Shown: positions 47,583 through 60,096 of the stretch, one piece after another
Layout of the letters: each line of letters opens with the position of its first letter
How positions within the stretch are numbered: position 1 is the stretch's first letter
Assembly (NCBI GenBank): GCA_965113315.1
Contig: OZ220370.1
DNA from: Podarcis vaucheri
Taxonomy: Eukaryota
Reading direction: 5' to 3' (one strand)
Length of the DNA stretch: 64,000 nucleotides
Position numbers and translations under genes: made by a program
Notes under the pieces: model-generated
Databases searched by the model: none
Told to the model about the DNA's origin: nothing
What the model saw: the letters and a program-made list of their open reading frames with translations, nothing else

Positions 47583-49375
47583 GACTGGTTACAGAGGGCT
47601 TGGGAGAAACGTCAGGACATTTAAGGATAGGAAGCTGTATGTTGTGGAGAAGCAAAATAAATGCCAGAAAGGTTGGCCATGAGAAGAGATGTCTGAAGAA
47701 AGTGGGACAAAGAAGGCAGTGGCTTGTACAGCACGGATCCATTTTGAGGAAACAAGTGTTGGAGTCATGGAGCTGAAAAAATGAAAAACCAAGGGAAAAG
47801 TCAGCTTGCAAGGGAACTTTGCATAGGTCCCAGAGACAAGTGGGTAAGCAAGGGAAGCTTGGTGGGCTGGGGATTGAGGGTCAGAGTTGGCAATGACCAG
47901 GAGATGCCAGTGGATAGGGACATCTGCTCAGACCTGTCCCCTTCCAGCAGCACAATTCAGATGTTCGGATTGCAGCCTCCTCTTGTTTTGCTAACAAGAA
48001 AGAAGAAGCAGTTCTATGTGCTTTGTGGCCCAATTGTTCTTCTCAGACTGCAGTGTGGTAATCTCTGCTGCATACAAATACAAAGAAGCTGCAGGAGCTA
48101 CTGTAATAGATTGCCAGTTTTCAAAAGGCAGTAGTATTACACTACTGTGATGGCATTGAGGTCCTGTTTCCAAGACAGAAGACTAAAAACAAATGAACCT
48201 TAGCTTCCTTAAATAGCTGCATATTCTGGTGATGGATTCAATGTTCATAAAGAAACTTACTATCTAAGAATAACCCTTAAAAATTGTTGTTTTGCTGTGA
48301 ATAATGACTGTGGTTTACATTGACAACAGAAATGTCATTTACAAGAAAAGCTGTGAAATCCCTGGGGTAGTAGAGGATTTTCATTTTAAATAAAATTGTA
48401 TTTCAGTACTAATTATTACCACAGTATTAGCATAAATTCAAATCTCCATGGAAGGAAATTGTAATATCTCTCTCATATTCCTAATACCACAGATAATTTG
48501 TGGTTTTTCTGCTTCTGGATGAGGTTGCATACAAGTGTCCCAAACTAGAAGAGGGTTGAGAGTATCAGACTTGCAAAAAAATAAGACAGGCAAATTGATT
48601 AAGCTAAATGTAATAATATGCCTGTGGTAAATAGAAATTATTCAGATCCGCGTTGCAAACTCCTGAATCACTTTTGCAGATAAGTATTACAAACATGAAA
48701 TGATAACTGTGTGGCTAAGTAGAAATATCTGCAGAAATAAAGGATCAAGTTTTGCACAAAACAAGTCCACAGGGATTGCCTGTCCCTAATCAGAGAAACC
48801 TAGTAAAAGAAGGGATTTGGGATTGAAAATAATGAATGTGTTCTCAGATCTCACCAAGCATTACAAATTCTTCTCTCAAAATGCCAGGTCTAAGCTGATT
48901 GCAGTTTCCCATGTGTTTTATTTAGAATCTCCTTTCAGGGCCAAACTACAAGTGATGTTAACGATATATGTAGTTCTGTCCTTAAGTGCAGATGTGTGGT
49001 TGTTCTTGGGGTTTTTAAAAAACAGATTCTTGAACTGGATCAGAACGTTAGCATGTCAGGGATGAGGCTTGAACCCTTTGCCCCTGCAGCGGGACTGATT
49101 TAAATAAGCGTGCCGGTCCTGAAATTCACACTGCCCAAATGCAATTTGTTTGAACAGAAAGCAAAAGCTTTGGCAAACAGGACTGGAAGTTGCATCAGAA
49201 AGTGCTCTGTCTCCATGATTCCACAATGAAGGACTGTCACAAGATATGCACAGCAGCAGGAAACCTCTGGGAAATGTGAAGACATCCCTAGCATGTAACC
49301 TAGTCAGGTAATCCAAAGCATATCCTGATTTGGCTTGCTTAGAGCCAAATGGAGAAAGCTTCATTCACTTAGAGC

Positions 49376-49483
49376 CAGTGGCGTAGCGTGGGTTGTCAGC
49401 ACCCGGGGCAAGGCAAGTAATTTGCGCCCCCTAACCCATGGATTTGCGCCCCCTAACCCTAACCCCCAGATGTTGCGCCACTG
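49376..49483. mobile_element. 108-bp hAT MITE
   Basis: TIRs CAGTGGCGTAGC / GTTGCGCCACTG; perfect 8-bp TSD CTTAGAGC. Confidence 0.88.
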
Positions 49484-50459
49484 CTTAGAGCCAAATGGAG
49501 AAAGCTCCATTCACAAGGCACTGCCTCTACTGGGCTCCTTCAAGAGAAAAGATGGATACAGGTTCAATAAATACATAAAATCTTATCATCTGAGAGCTGG
49601 GGTATCTGATCCTCAATAATTTATAAGGAACCTCTGAAGCAATTCCTGCTGTTTAATGCGAAGGATTTTCTCTTGATTCACCACAACTTCTGAAGAACAG
49701 CTTCTCTTCACTTCTTCTCCTTTGGAATATTTAATATCTGTACTGTCCTTCTTGCTTTCTCCCCTCTTTGTAGGAACTCATGCTGGATTGAAGCAATCTT
49801 TATCTTTCTGCAAGCTTCCCTTGATAGCTATGTGTGGAACTAAAGAGCGCTCTCTGTTTTTATTATGTATTCTGTGTTCCAATTTTGTGTTTTTATGTTG
49901 AGAAGCACCCTGTGATCTTCGGGTGAAGGGTACTATACAAATTTAATAAATGATAATATTATTAATAATATATGGCAGCTATCACACATTCTTCCCATTT
50001 TTGGCACGAAGTTTCTCTCATCTCTGCTTCCCTTCTGATTTAACCAGAGTTGTGCCACTTTATTTTGTGCTATGTCAACGTTCTACTTAGGTAACCACCG
50101 TATTATTCCTTTGTATCCTTTTTGACTCCAAGTTCCACAGTCATTTGCCCCATGGTGCACCGTGACTCTCAGCTCAGGACCCAGACATGTGTTCCTCCTG
50201 AAATCCACAACGTGGGTAAATGAGGGTGTGTGGTGACAATAACAGACCACCCCAAGTGAATGGCTCTTCCAAGTTAGGGGTGGCCAACTTCAGACCTAGG
50301 TAGGGGTCCATGGGTCTCTTCCCAAGCCATGTCCCTCCCCAACCCTGCTCCATACCTCCCTCAACTGTTTTGTCTGGCTAGAATGTGTTCTTGGGTTGTT
50401 ATAAAAACCTCTTGCTTACCTGGATTGAGATGTAACTCCGACTTTTGCATGGCTGGAGT

Positions 50460-50836
50460 AAAAAGGTAAAGGACCCCTGGATGGTTACGTCTAGTCAAAG
50501 GCGACTAATGGGGTTGTGGTGCTCATCTTGCTTTCAAGCTGAGGAAGCCGGCATTTGTCCACAGACAGCTTTCCAGGTCATGTGGCCAACAGGACTAAAT
50601 GCTTCTGGTGCAACGGAACACCGAGATGGAAACCAAAGTGCACGAAAATGGCGTTTACCTTCCTGCTGCAGTGGTACCTATTTATCTGTTTGCACTGGTG
50701 TGCTTTCAAACTGCTAGGTTGGCAGGAGCTGGGACAGAGCAACAGGAGGAGCTCACCCCATCACGGGGATTCAAACCGCCGACCTTCTGATCGACAAGCC
50801 CAAGAGGCTCAGTGGTTTAGACCACAGCGCTACCCT
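50460..50836 (-). mobile_element. Sauria SINE (second subfamily) nested in a hAT MITE (~50275-50975)
   Basis: AAAGGTAAAGGACCCCTGG...TTTGTCCACAGACAGCTTTCC subfamily insert; CTGGAGT flanking repeat. Confidence 0.9.
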
Positions 50837-51727
50837 ACTGGAGTGTAGCCCCATCACTGTTGCCTCTGTCCCCTGTCACTTTTCCTTCTGGCCCTACCCA
50901 GCACTGGCAAGCAGGACCGAGAAGATTCCCCGTGAGGAAATGCAGTCCTTAGGCTGAAAAAAACGTTTTCAGTCCACATTGCTAGTGAAAAAGCTCTGAT
51001 TTCCCATATATCCTTTGAGCGTGAGTGAAGAGACGGAGAAGTATCTGATTTAAAGATATAAAGTAACTTCTCCCCTCCCTTTCTCTCTTTCTCTCTTTCC
51101 TCCCGAAGCAGCGCAAATGCTTTGAAAGATTCTATTCTCGGAAAGGAACTGAAATAATTTTAAACGGACCAATTTACATATTTCTGAAATAACATGCTTC
51201 CCTTCATAACAGATCCTTAGCTGTCAGGGTTGTTTCAAATTGAGGCAAAAATTATACTGTAGATTAAATTCTCACAGCTGATACATTTGTAACAATAATA
51301 CTTAACCGTCTTTAACTCTCAAATAAAAAATTGCAGCAGATTGAGGCAAGGCAGAAAGAATGCATAATACTGGGATCACATTAACAACACCTTCCGAAGG
51401 AAACATTAGAACTCGCACAGACAAAACACTAATTAGTATGAAACGGTGCAAAGGTATAAAGAGACAGCGTTGAGCATTAGAAGGTCTTTTCTCTGCCTAA
51501 CCTTGCTTCATTGTTAACTCTTTGATCCTACATTCCTAATCTGTGTAACTAATTAATCTGAATAGGTAGCCAAGTATGTATGTGGGTACTTTTGAGCAAT
51601 ATTGATAAATACAGACGGAACATCTTTCCAACTGTAATGACTTGTTCGCCACATCTTCCAGAAGTAATAATATATCTTCCCTCTAAATCCGTTTCACCTG
51701 GCGTCAGCAGAACATAAAAACATAGTA

Positions 51728-52337
51728 ATCATCATCATCATCATCATCATTTATTATTTGTACCTCGCCTATCTGGCTGGGCTTCCCCAGCCACTCTGGG
51801 CGGCTTCCACAGAGACCAAAAATACACTAAAATGTCACACATTAAAAACTTACCTGAACAGGGCTGCCTTCAGATGTCTTCTGAATGTCAGGTAGTTGTT
51901 TATCGCTTTGACATCTGATGGGAGGGCGTTCCACAGGGCGGGTGCCACTACCAAGAAGGCCCTCTGCCTGGTCCCCTGTAGCTTTGCTTCTTGCAGTGAG
52001 AGAACCACCAGAAGGCCCTCAGCGCTGGACCTCAGCGTCCGGGCAGAACGATGGGGGTGGAGACGCTCCTTCTGGTATACAGGGCTGAGGCCGTTTAGGG
52101 CTTTAAAGGTCAGCAGCAACACTTTGAATTGTGCTCGGAAACGTACTGGGAGCCAATGTAGGTCTTTCAAGACCGGTGTTATGTGGTCTCGGTGGCGGCC
52201 CCCAGTCACCAGTCTAGCTGCCGCATTCTGGATTAGTTGTAGTTTCCGGGTCACCTTCAAAGGTAGCCCCACGTAGAGCGCATTGCAGTAGTCCAAGCGG
52301 GAGATAACTAGAGCATGCACCACTCTGGCGAGACAGT
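51728..52337 (-). mobile_element. L2 LINE 3' fragment (young)
   Basis: ORF 51850..52371 VHALVISRLDYCNALYVGLP...LHWLPVRFRAQFK...RAFLVVAPALWNALP; (ATG)n tail. Confidence 0.95.
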
Positions 52338-52975
52338 AAGAGGAGCCTGCTGGATCAGGCGAATGGCCCATCTAGTCCAGCGTCCTGTTCACACAGTGGC
52401 CAACTTGATGCCCGTGGTAAACCCTCAAGTGAGCACAAGAGCAACTCTTCCCTCCTGTGGTTTCCAACAACTGGTATTCAGAAGCACTGCTGCTTCTGAT
52501 TATGGGAGCAGAACACAGCCAGCCTTATTGTCTATACATCTGTTCAGTCCTCTTTTAAAGCTGTCCAAGTTGGTGGCCATCACTGACTCCTGCAGGAGCA
52601 GTTTCCATAGTTTCAATATGCACTGGTTGAAGAAGGAATTTATTTTATCTGTCCTGAATCTTCCAACATTCAGATTCATTGGATGTTCATGAGTTCCAGT
52701 GTTGTGAGAGAGGGAGGAAACCTTTCCTCTATCCACTTCCTTCATGCCGTGCATAATTTTATTAACTTCTTCATGTCACCTGTAGCTTGCCATTTTTCTA
52801 AAGAGAAAAAAAAGTCCCCAATGCTGCATTTTTTCCTCACAGGGAATGGCTCCACCACCTTAATTTTTCCAGTTGCCCTTTTCAATGGCCTTTCTGAAGT
52901 GAGGCAACCAGAACGGTACAGAGTATTCCAAATGCAATTATACCATACATCTGTATAATGGCATTATGATACCGG
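52338..52975 (-). mobile_element. Older CR1 LINE 3' region
   Basis: ORF 52500..52754 HPMNLNVGRFRTDK...FKRGLNR; 3' UTR GAGCCTGCTGGATCAGG. Confidence 0.85.
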
Positions 52976-53785
52976 CAATTTTATTTTCAGTTCCTTTCCT
53001 TTATATATATATTTGCAGCTGCTATATGCAGAGGGCTCATCCAAACTTCCTTTTGCGCCATGTTTCTAGGCCCAGGTCTGTGCTTTAAAGCTCTGTGTCC
53101 CAAGTGGTCCCCCCCTCCTTTTCTTTTTGCCTCAGTGCTTTCCCTGCAAAACCCACTCTTTACTGCTGAAAACAATTTTGTGGAAAACCCAATTGCCATT
53201 TGTTCCGATTCAGCATTAAAGAGTGGTTTTGCCTGAAGATAGCAGTGGGGCAAAAAAAAAGGGTTGATGAGCCCTGAGTTGAGAGAGGGAGAGTTTAGAC
53301 AGCAAACATCCCTCTATCAGCTCAAATAGAAGCAACTGCCAACTGATGTCTTCTTTCCTGGAATTGTCTCCTGGAATGACCATTCCAGCTGTGTGCAGCA
53401 AAAGAAGAGATGTGATAACAAACCCTCCTTCAGCTGTAACCAGCCGTCTTTTGTATCTTCAGCTTCCAATACTGTCTCCAACAGCAACCATTCCACCTGG
53501 GTGTAGCAGAGGAAGAGTTGAGAGAACAAGACCTCCTCCATCAGTTCAGCTAGGACCAATTGCCGTTTGGCTTCCCGTTTCCTGGAATCATCTCCTTCAG
53601 TGACTATTCCAAATGGTCATTATATAACAGCAGGGTGAAACTGGCCCTGAATATGCTTCTCTTCCTCTCCACCCCCTGTTCGTATTCCTTTCCAGTTGAT
53701 GTTTTAGTCCAAAACATCTGGAGGGCACCGGGTTAGTGAACACTGTTGCAATTCTTACTATTTAATTATTATTAAATATATAAAT

Positions 53786-54413
53786 AAGGGGAAGAAATGG
53801 AGGCAGTGAGAGATTTTGCTTTCTTGGGCTCCATGATCACTGCAGATGGTGACAGCAGCCACGAAATTAAAAGACGCCTGCTTCTTGGGAGAAAAGCAAT
53901 GACAAACCTAGACAGCATCTTAAAAAGCAGAGACATCACCTTGCCGTCAAAGGTTCGTATAGTTAAAGCTACGGTTTTCCCAGAAGTTATGTATGGAAGT
54001 GAGAGCTGGACCATAAAGAAGGCTGATCACTGAAGAACTGATGCTTTTGAATTATGGTGCTGGAGGAGACTCTTGAGAGTCCCATGGACTGCAAGAAGAT
54101 CAAACCTATCCATTCTGAAGGAAATCAGCCCTGAGTGCTCACTGGAAGGACAGATCATGAAGCTGAGGCTCCAATACTTCGGCCACCTCATGAGAAGAGA
54201 AGACTCCCTGGAAAAGACCCTGATGTTGGGAAAGATGGAGGGCACAAGGAGAAGGGGACGGCAGAGGATGAGATGGTTGGATAGTGTTCTCGAAGCTACC
54301 AGCATGAGTTTGACCAAACTGCGGGAGGCAGTGGAAGACAGGAGTGCCTGGCGTGCTCTGGTCCAGGGGGTCACGAAGAGTCGGACATGACTAAACGACT
54401 AAACAACAGCAAC
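53786..54413 (+). mobile_element. BovB LINE 3' fragment
   Basis: ORFs 53797..54033 and 54073..54390, split by a CGA->TGA stop; 12-bp TSD AAATATATAAAT (53774-53785 / 54414-54425). Confidence 0.97.
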
Positions 54414-54517
54414 AAATATATAAATTGCCTCAAGTTCTTCGGCAGAAAGGTTGTATATATTTATGCATCCAATAAATAAATAGTATTGTTACTAGATTTA
54501 TATACTGCCTTTCATAT

Positions 54518-54662
54518 GTCCGGATAGCTCAGTTGGTTAGAGCATGGTGCTGATAATGCCAAGGTTGTAGGTTCAATCCCCGTATGGTACAGCTATGTAT
54601 TCCTGCATTTCAGGGGGTTGGACTAGATGATCCTCAGGATCCCTTCCAATTCAACAATTCTT
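54518..54662 (+). mobile_element. tRNA-Ile-headed SINE with CR1-derived tail
   Basis: CCGGATAGCTCAGTTGGTTAGAGCATGGTGCTGATAATGCCAAGGTTGTAGGTTCAATCCCCGTA (tRNA-Ile-like) plus CAGGGGGTTGGACTAGATG...CTTCCAA CR1 tail. Confidence 0.85.
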
Positions 54663-55716
54663 TGATCATGCTGGAAGTGATTTAAATATTAAATAGCCAG
54701 AAACTGTGATAAGATGACAAGAAAAAGAAAAAAAGGTACCTGCCAATTAACTGACTACTTTCTCTTCTATCACCACCTTCCATCTTGGTGGATGTCACAT
54801 GCCAATTAAGTACAATTAAAGAAGCTTATGAAAGCCTCCACGGGTTAAAGAGTCCACAGATGCACATCTATGCAAACATTTCATGCCACATCTATTCATC
54901 ATGTAAGTATAAAAAAGTATACTTGAGTAATATAACCCACAATAAATACTGTTCCATGTTTTCACAAGCTTTCTAAGACCCTCTCTCCTCTACAACGTCA
55001 GCTAATCTTGTGATGGAAGGCCTTGAAATTTGAAATGTTGTTTTGACATATTTGACATATCCTTTTCATCAATGTCAAAACAAAATGTCAACATTTTTGC
55101 AATTGCAACCCTCTGTGAGGAAGGATTATGACGTCCACTCAGTGCCTGAACAACAGATTATTGGGGAGACTTCAGCAGGATAATTATTGATAATTATTTA
55201 TTTGACAGTTTTACACATGCTTTGCTTGGCTTTAAACAAATCTGTGAAATATCTATTGACTTTTCTAAACCCAGAATGAGACTTTCCCACCTACCAGTTC
55301 TACATCTACAGTGGCTATTTTGCTAAGCAAAGTGTTGAACTGAGGCCTACACTGGTCAAATGGCCAGCTTCTGTGAGGACAAATATACAGGCCCACAGCC
55401 AGAAATTTTGTGGCAGGGTTCCTAAGGGTATATTATTAATTGACTACACAAAGTGAGGCCCTTGGTTTAACTAAAGCATTCTGGCAGTTTGGTCATGTGT
55501 AATGTGAGCTGGTACAGACCAGTGGCTAAGACTGAATTATATGTAAAAAAAAAAACACCAATTTGAATCCTGCCACTGCTGTAAACTTACTAGGTGGCCC
55601 TTACGCAAGCCACCCACCTCTATCTGCAATGTAGATAATAATAAACAGGTTGAAGTAGGGATTGCAGTTAGGTAAGCCATGTGAAATGCCATACAGATGT
55701 TAAGTATTGTTAACAA

Positions 55717-56085
55717 GGATGCGGGTGGCGCTGTGGTCTAAACCACTTAGTCTCTTGGGCTTGCCGATTGGAAGGTCAGCGGTTCGAATCCACATGATGG
55801 GGTGAGCTCCCACTGCTGTCCCAGCTTCTGCCAACCTAGCAGTATGAAAGCACACCAGCGGAAATAGATAAATAGGTACCACTGCTGCGGGAAGGTAAAC
55901 GGCGTTCTGGGCACTCTGGTTTCCAGGTGTTCTGTTGTGCCAGAAGCGGTTTAGTCATGCTGGCCACATGACCTGGAAAGCTGTCTGTGGACAAACGCCG
56001 GCTCCCTCGGCCTGAAAGTGAGATGAGAGCTGCACCCCATAGTCGCCTTTGACTGGACTTATCCGTCCAGGGGTCCTTTACTTTT
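55717..56085 (+). mobile_element. Sauria SINE, full length (second subfamily)
   Basis: GGATGCGGGTGGCGCTGTGG...GGTTCGAATCC...GTCCAGGGGTCCTTTAC. Confidence 0.93.
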
Positions 56086-56207
56086 AATTGTTGTGTATTT
56101 ATCTGCTCTTCTATCTTTTATTATTTACTACTCTCAGTGTATGGTATTGTATAATATTAACTTAAAATGTGCCCTGCAATTATTTATATCGAAGATTGGC
56201 ATATACA

Positions 56208-56208
<1 letters not shown>

Positions 56209-56240
<32 letters not shown>
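56209..56240. repeat. (GTAA)n microsatellite
   Basis: Directly visible. Confidence 0.95.
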
Positions 56241-56241
<1 letters not shown>

Positions 56242-57379
56242 TGCTCTCCCTCTCACAGCTTGGTTCGTTCCAAGTCACCATTTCTCAGACCCAGTTACCT
56301 ATTTGTAAAATGTAAGAAATAGTAACTTCAAATATGGTGGCTGTAAGGTGTGTGTGTGTGCATGCGTGCGCGTATGTGCAAACTTTAGAGGGGCCCTATA
56401 TACTGTATAATAAAAAAGTTCTAGTCTGAACTGTTGTTGCATCCAAACCAGCCACAGCAGGTAAGGCTGAATGGAAACTGCCATTTATTGCAATTCTTGT
56501 GAAGATTCTCTTACCGAATGAGAATTTTAGGATGTAGCCCAACAATAACAACACTATTTAACCTTGAGGGGGGAAATGTTGACACGGTATTTATGCGTTA
56601 TTTATTGCAGCAACAAATAAATCATAGAACATAAGGTGTCAGTCTCCAGAGATCCTTCATTCAGGTGTTACAAGTCTTTCCTTTTATTTAAAGGAAACAG
56701 GAAAAGAAAACATGTTGGGCAGGATATGTAGAACAGATATGAATGAAGTTTTGGAAGACAGTTGAGCATCCATCAGAAAGGGAGAATGATTTATGTATTC
56801 AAAAAAGCAAGGGGAGGGAAAGACAAGGAAGAATGAAAATAGAAGCCAAGCCAGCTGTTGTTGTTGTTATTTTATTGTTATTGTTAGCCTTGTGGTTCAC
56901 AGCAGTACCTTGAACCTGGCCCAGCAGTAAATTATCAACTAGGAGCAGAGTTGCATACTGTGTATAATCTGCTCCTTTGAGTCATCTGGCTGCTGGATTC
57001 TACACTAGTTGAAGCTTCTGGGGTTATCAGTGCATGGACCACTGTAGCCTGGCTCCTGTGGTCCAGGAATGGTCACAGTAACTCAAAACAGCCTCTTTCC
57101 AATGTCCATACCTATTTTTTTGTGCAGAAGTCTGTATTTGCCTCAAGTTTACTTAATCCTGACTATGTGAATACTGACACACACACCCCGTATATAATCT
57201 TCGAATCTGAAGTGCAAAATTAAATATAACACTGAGCAGAGAAAGAAGTTTCATAGATATGTCTCGGTAAACATTTCATCAAGACAGAAAACTCATTCTA
57301 AATGTCTGAGCAGAAGAGTTTATCATCTAGAAGGTAAGGGGGGAAATACCAATGTATGTGCACAGATTTCCTCCTCTTA

Positions 57380-57810
57380 TATAATAATAATAAAAAAATA
57401 TTATTTATACCCCGCCCATCTGGCTGAGTTTCCCCAGCCACTCTGGGCGGCTCCCAATCGAGTGTTAAAAACAATACAGTATTAAATATTAAAAATTTCC
57501 CTAAAGAGGGCTGCCTTCAGATGTCTATAAAAATTAGATAGCTGCTTATTTCCTTGATATCTGATGGGAAGGCGTTCCACAGGGTGGGCTCCACTACCGA
57601 GAAGGCCCTCTGCCTGGTTCCCTGTAACCTCACTTCTCGCAATGAGGGAACCGCCAGAAGGCCCTCGGCGCTGGACCTCAGTGTCCGGGCAGAACGATGG
57701 GGGTGGAGACGCTCCTTCAGGTATACAGGGATGAGGCTGTTTAGGGCTTTAAAGGTCAGCACCAACACTTTGAATTGTGCTCAGAAATGTACTGGGAGCC
57801 AATGCAGATC
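57380..57810 (-). mobile_element. L2 LINE 3' fragment (same family as 51728)
   Basis: ORF 57517..57768 LTFKALN...RTLRSS...RAFSVVEPTLWNA. Confidence 0.93.
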
Positions 57811-59966
57811 TCTCTTCAGTAGACCCCAAGAAAAAGCTCAGAAGGAGGAATACCAAAGCATTATTTTGTCACTTGTCTGCTGTCACCAAAGTTCTCCCAA
57901 AGTCACTTACCTATTTTTTTAAAAAAAAAATATGCCCAACTTCAAAGCATCGTGCAGTCAAGTTAGCTGCTTTTAAAGAAAAACAGAGGATGTTTTGCAT
58001 GTTATTTCATTAATATATATAACATGTATACACTGACAAAATTAAAGGGTATAATAAATCTCTTTTGTAAAGACATCTTTAGAATGTAGATACACAATAC
58101 TATTAACCTCATAGGAAAACAACAGAATTTAAATAATTTCTTCCAAAATTGAAAACAGTTCCCATCTAAAGAATTCTCTAAGAGGGGAAAGTTGGAAATT
58201 GAATATTTGATATTCCTAGCCCATCGTAAACTTTCCCATGCATAGATCCTACAGATGCTACCTTCTTAGCCTCCCAAGGGAGAACCATCCCCTCCGCTTG
58301 AAAATATTTTGAGGTTTGTATAAAGCAGGGGAAAGGAAGAGAGAAACATTATCTGCCGCTCTGGATCTGAACCTCAAAGGTTTCTTTGACGCAAGTGTGA
58401 GCTTGACCACGTGAACGTGGTTTCAATTCTTCCTCCCCAAAGCTCACTTGAAACAGGCATGAACATACTAGCCATTGGAAGCAAATGGCTTTGTTACTTT
58501 GATGGTTTGCAGATTTCATAGCTGTCCTTCTCCCCGTTCCATCTAAAAGTGAAATGATACATTGTAATTTGGATTATAATTTTGTTTTGATGATTTTAAT
58601 TGATAACAGACAAAGGGGGAGAAATCTGCAAAGATTTTTCTTCTCTCTGCAGAACATATGATATGTCTATGTCCCCCACCCTTTGGTAAACATCTGCGTA
58701 TAATAAAAAGATGCTGTACTAAAACTACATTTCCTTTACTTTCCCTCAGAATTTCTTTGGGGATGATATTCCTGATGCAAGAAAAATGAAGCTTTTTCCC
58801 ATCGCTCAGGAAGTCCTTTCACCTTCAGTACTCTAGGTGACAATTATAAAAAAAAATTCCCACTTTAGTTTTTAATGACATCAGAGGAAGTTTTTCCACA
58901 CCCTTTATTGTTATCAGCTCAACCTCATCAATACAGATATTGGACACCACAATTTATTATTTTTTGTTTTTAAAGGAGGGGAAATCTCAAAAAGGTGTTT
59001 ATGCAACATTATTATGAAATTTTTACCCCATTGCATCAAATAATATGCTTACTTGTTCAGTTTTAGTTTTATTTTAAAGAACATTTTGTTCTAACTTAAT
59101 TGCCTGGTTCCACACAAGTACTTTGTTAAAAAGCCTCACATATTTGTATAGGCATGCAAATCAAAAGAGACCAAGAACTGTTCAGACCTGCTCCATCTCT
59201 GTTGTGCTAAGGGACTTATTCATTCAGTTTATCAGCTATATAAAAAATAAGTGTGCTGTACTGTATACACCTACCTCTTAAAAGAATTGCTAATACTATC
59301 AAAGCTCTTACGAAAAACCAAAGCAAACCAAAAGAGACTCACAATACCATGCTATAATAGGAATTTCAACTCCTGTGAAATCGCTACTGTAAACGTTAAT
59401 AAAAAGCATACTTTTTCTTTTAAGGCTATACACCAACTTTTGTTCTCTCTTTTAATAACCCTTACGCGTTTTCTTCTTTGGAGGGTGTAACAGTTTAAAC
59501 ATGAGGTGTGAATTAGAATCAGTGCTGGGAGAGCTAAAACCAAAATGATCAGAGGGCTGCAATGACTTCCTTGCAAGAAAAGGCTACAACATTTTTTTTT
59601 TGGGGGGGGGGGTTTCGTTTTAAAAAGGGCAAGTAAAAAAGGGCATGACAGGGGTTTAAAAATTACACGTGGTGTGGGGGAAAGTGATTAGAGAGTTTTT
59701 GTCTCTCTCTTCTTTTTCACACAGTGTATAGTTCAACTATGGAATTCAATTCCAGAAGATGAAGTGATAGATACTAATTTGAGTGGCTTTGAAAGAGGGT
59801 TAGACAAAACCAAAGACGATAAAACTACTAGATAGTGGCTACTAGACACAGTGGTTCAATGGGGGCTCCAATACCATCTCCAGGAAAAAAGCACCATGGA
59901 AGGCTATGGCATTATAGCTTTGCTGGTGGGCTTCCCAGAGTTTGACCTCTGTGGAATACAGGATGC

Positions 59967-60096
59967 TAGAATCATAGAATTGCAGAGCATCATCTAGTCC
60001 AACCACCTGCAATGCAGGAATCTTTTGCCCAACGTGGGGCTTGGACTAACAACCCAGAGATTAAGAGCCTCATGTTCTACTAACTGAGCTATCGCA
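59967..60096 (-). mobile_element. tRNA-Lys-headed SINE with CR1 tail, inserted in an old CR1 remnant (~59630-60140)
   Basis: Minus strand GATAGCTCAGTTAGTAGAACATGAGGCTCTTAATCTCTGGGTTG...GCCCCACGTTGGGC (tRNA-Lys-like) plus GGTTGGACTAGATG...ATTCTATGATTCTA. Confidence 0.85.

Noticed and set aside
54518-54590. Functional tRNA-Ile(GAT) gene
   Set aside because: Mismatched acceptor and T stems, and it continues into a CR1-derived SINE tail.
56600-56670. Possible fourth Penelope hammerhead remnant
   Set aside because: Core too degenerate (no intact CUGANGA or GAAA) to support.
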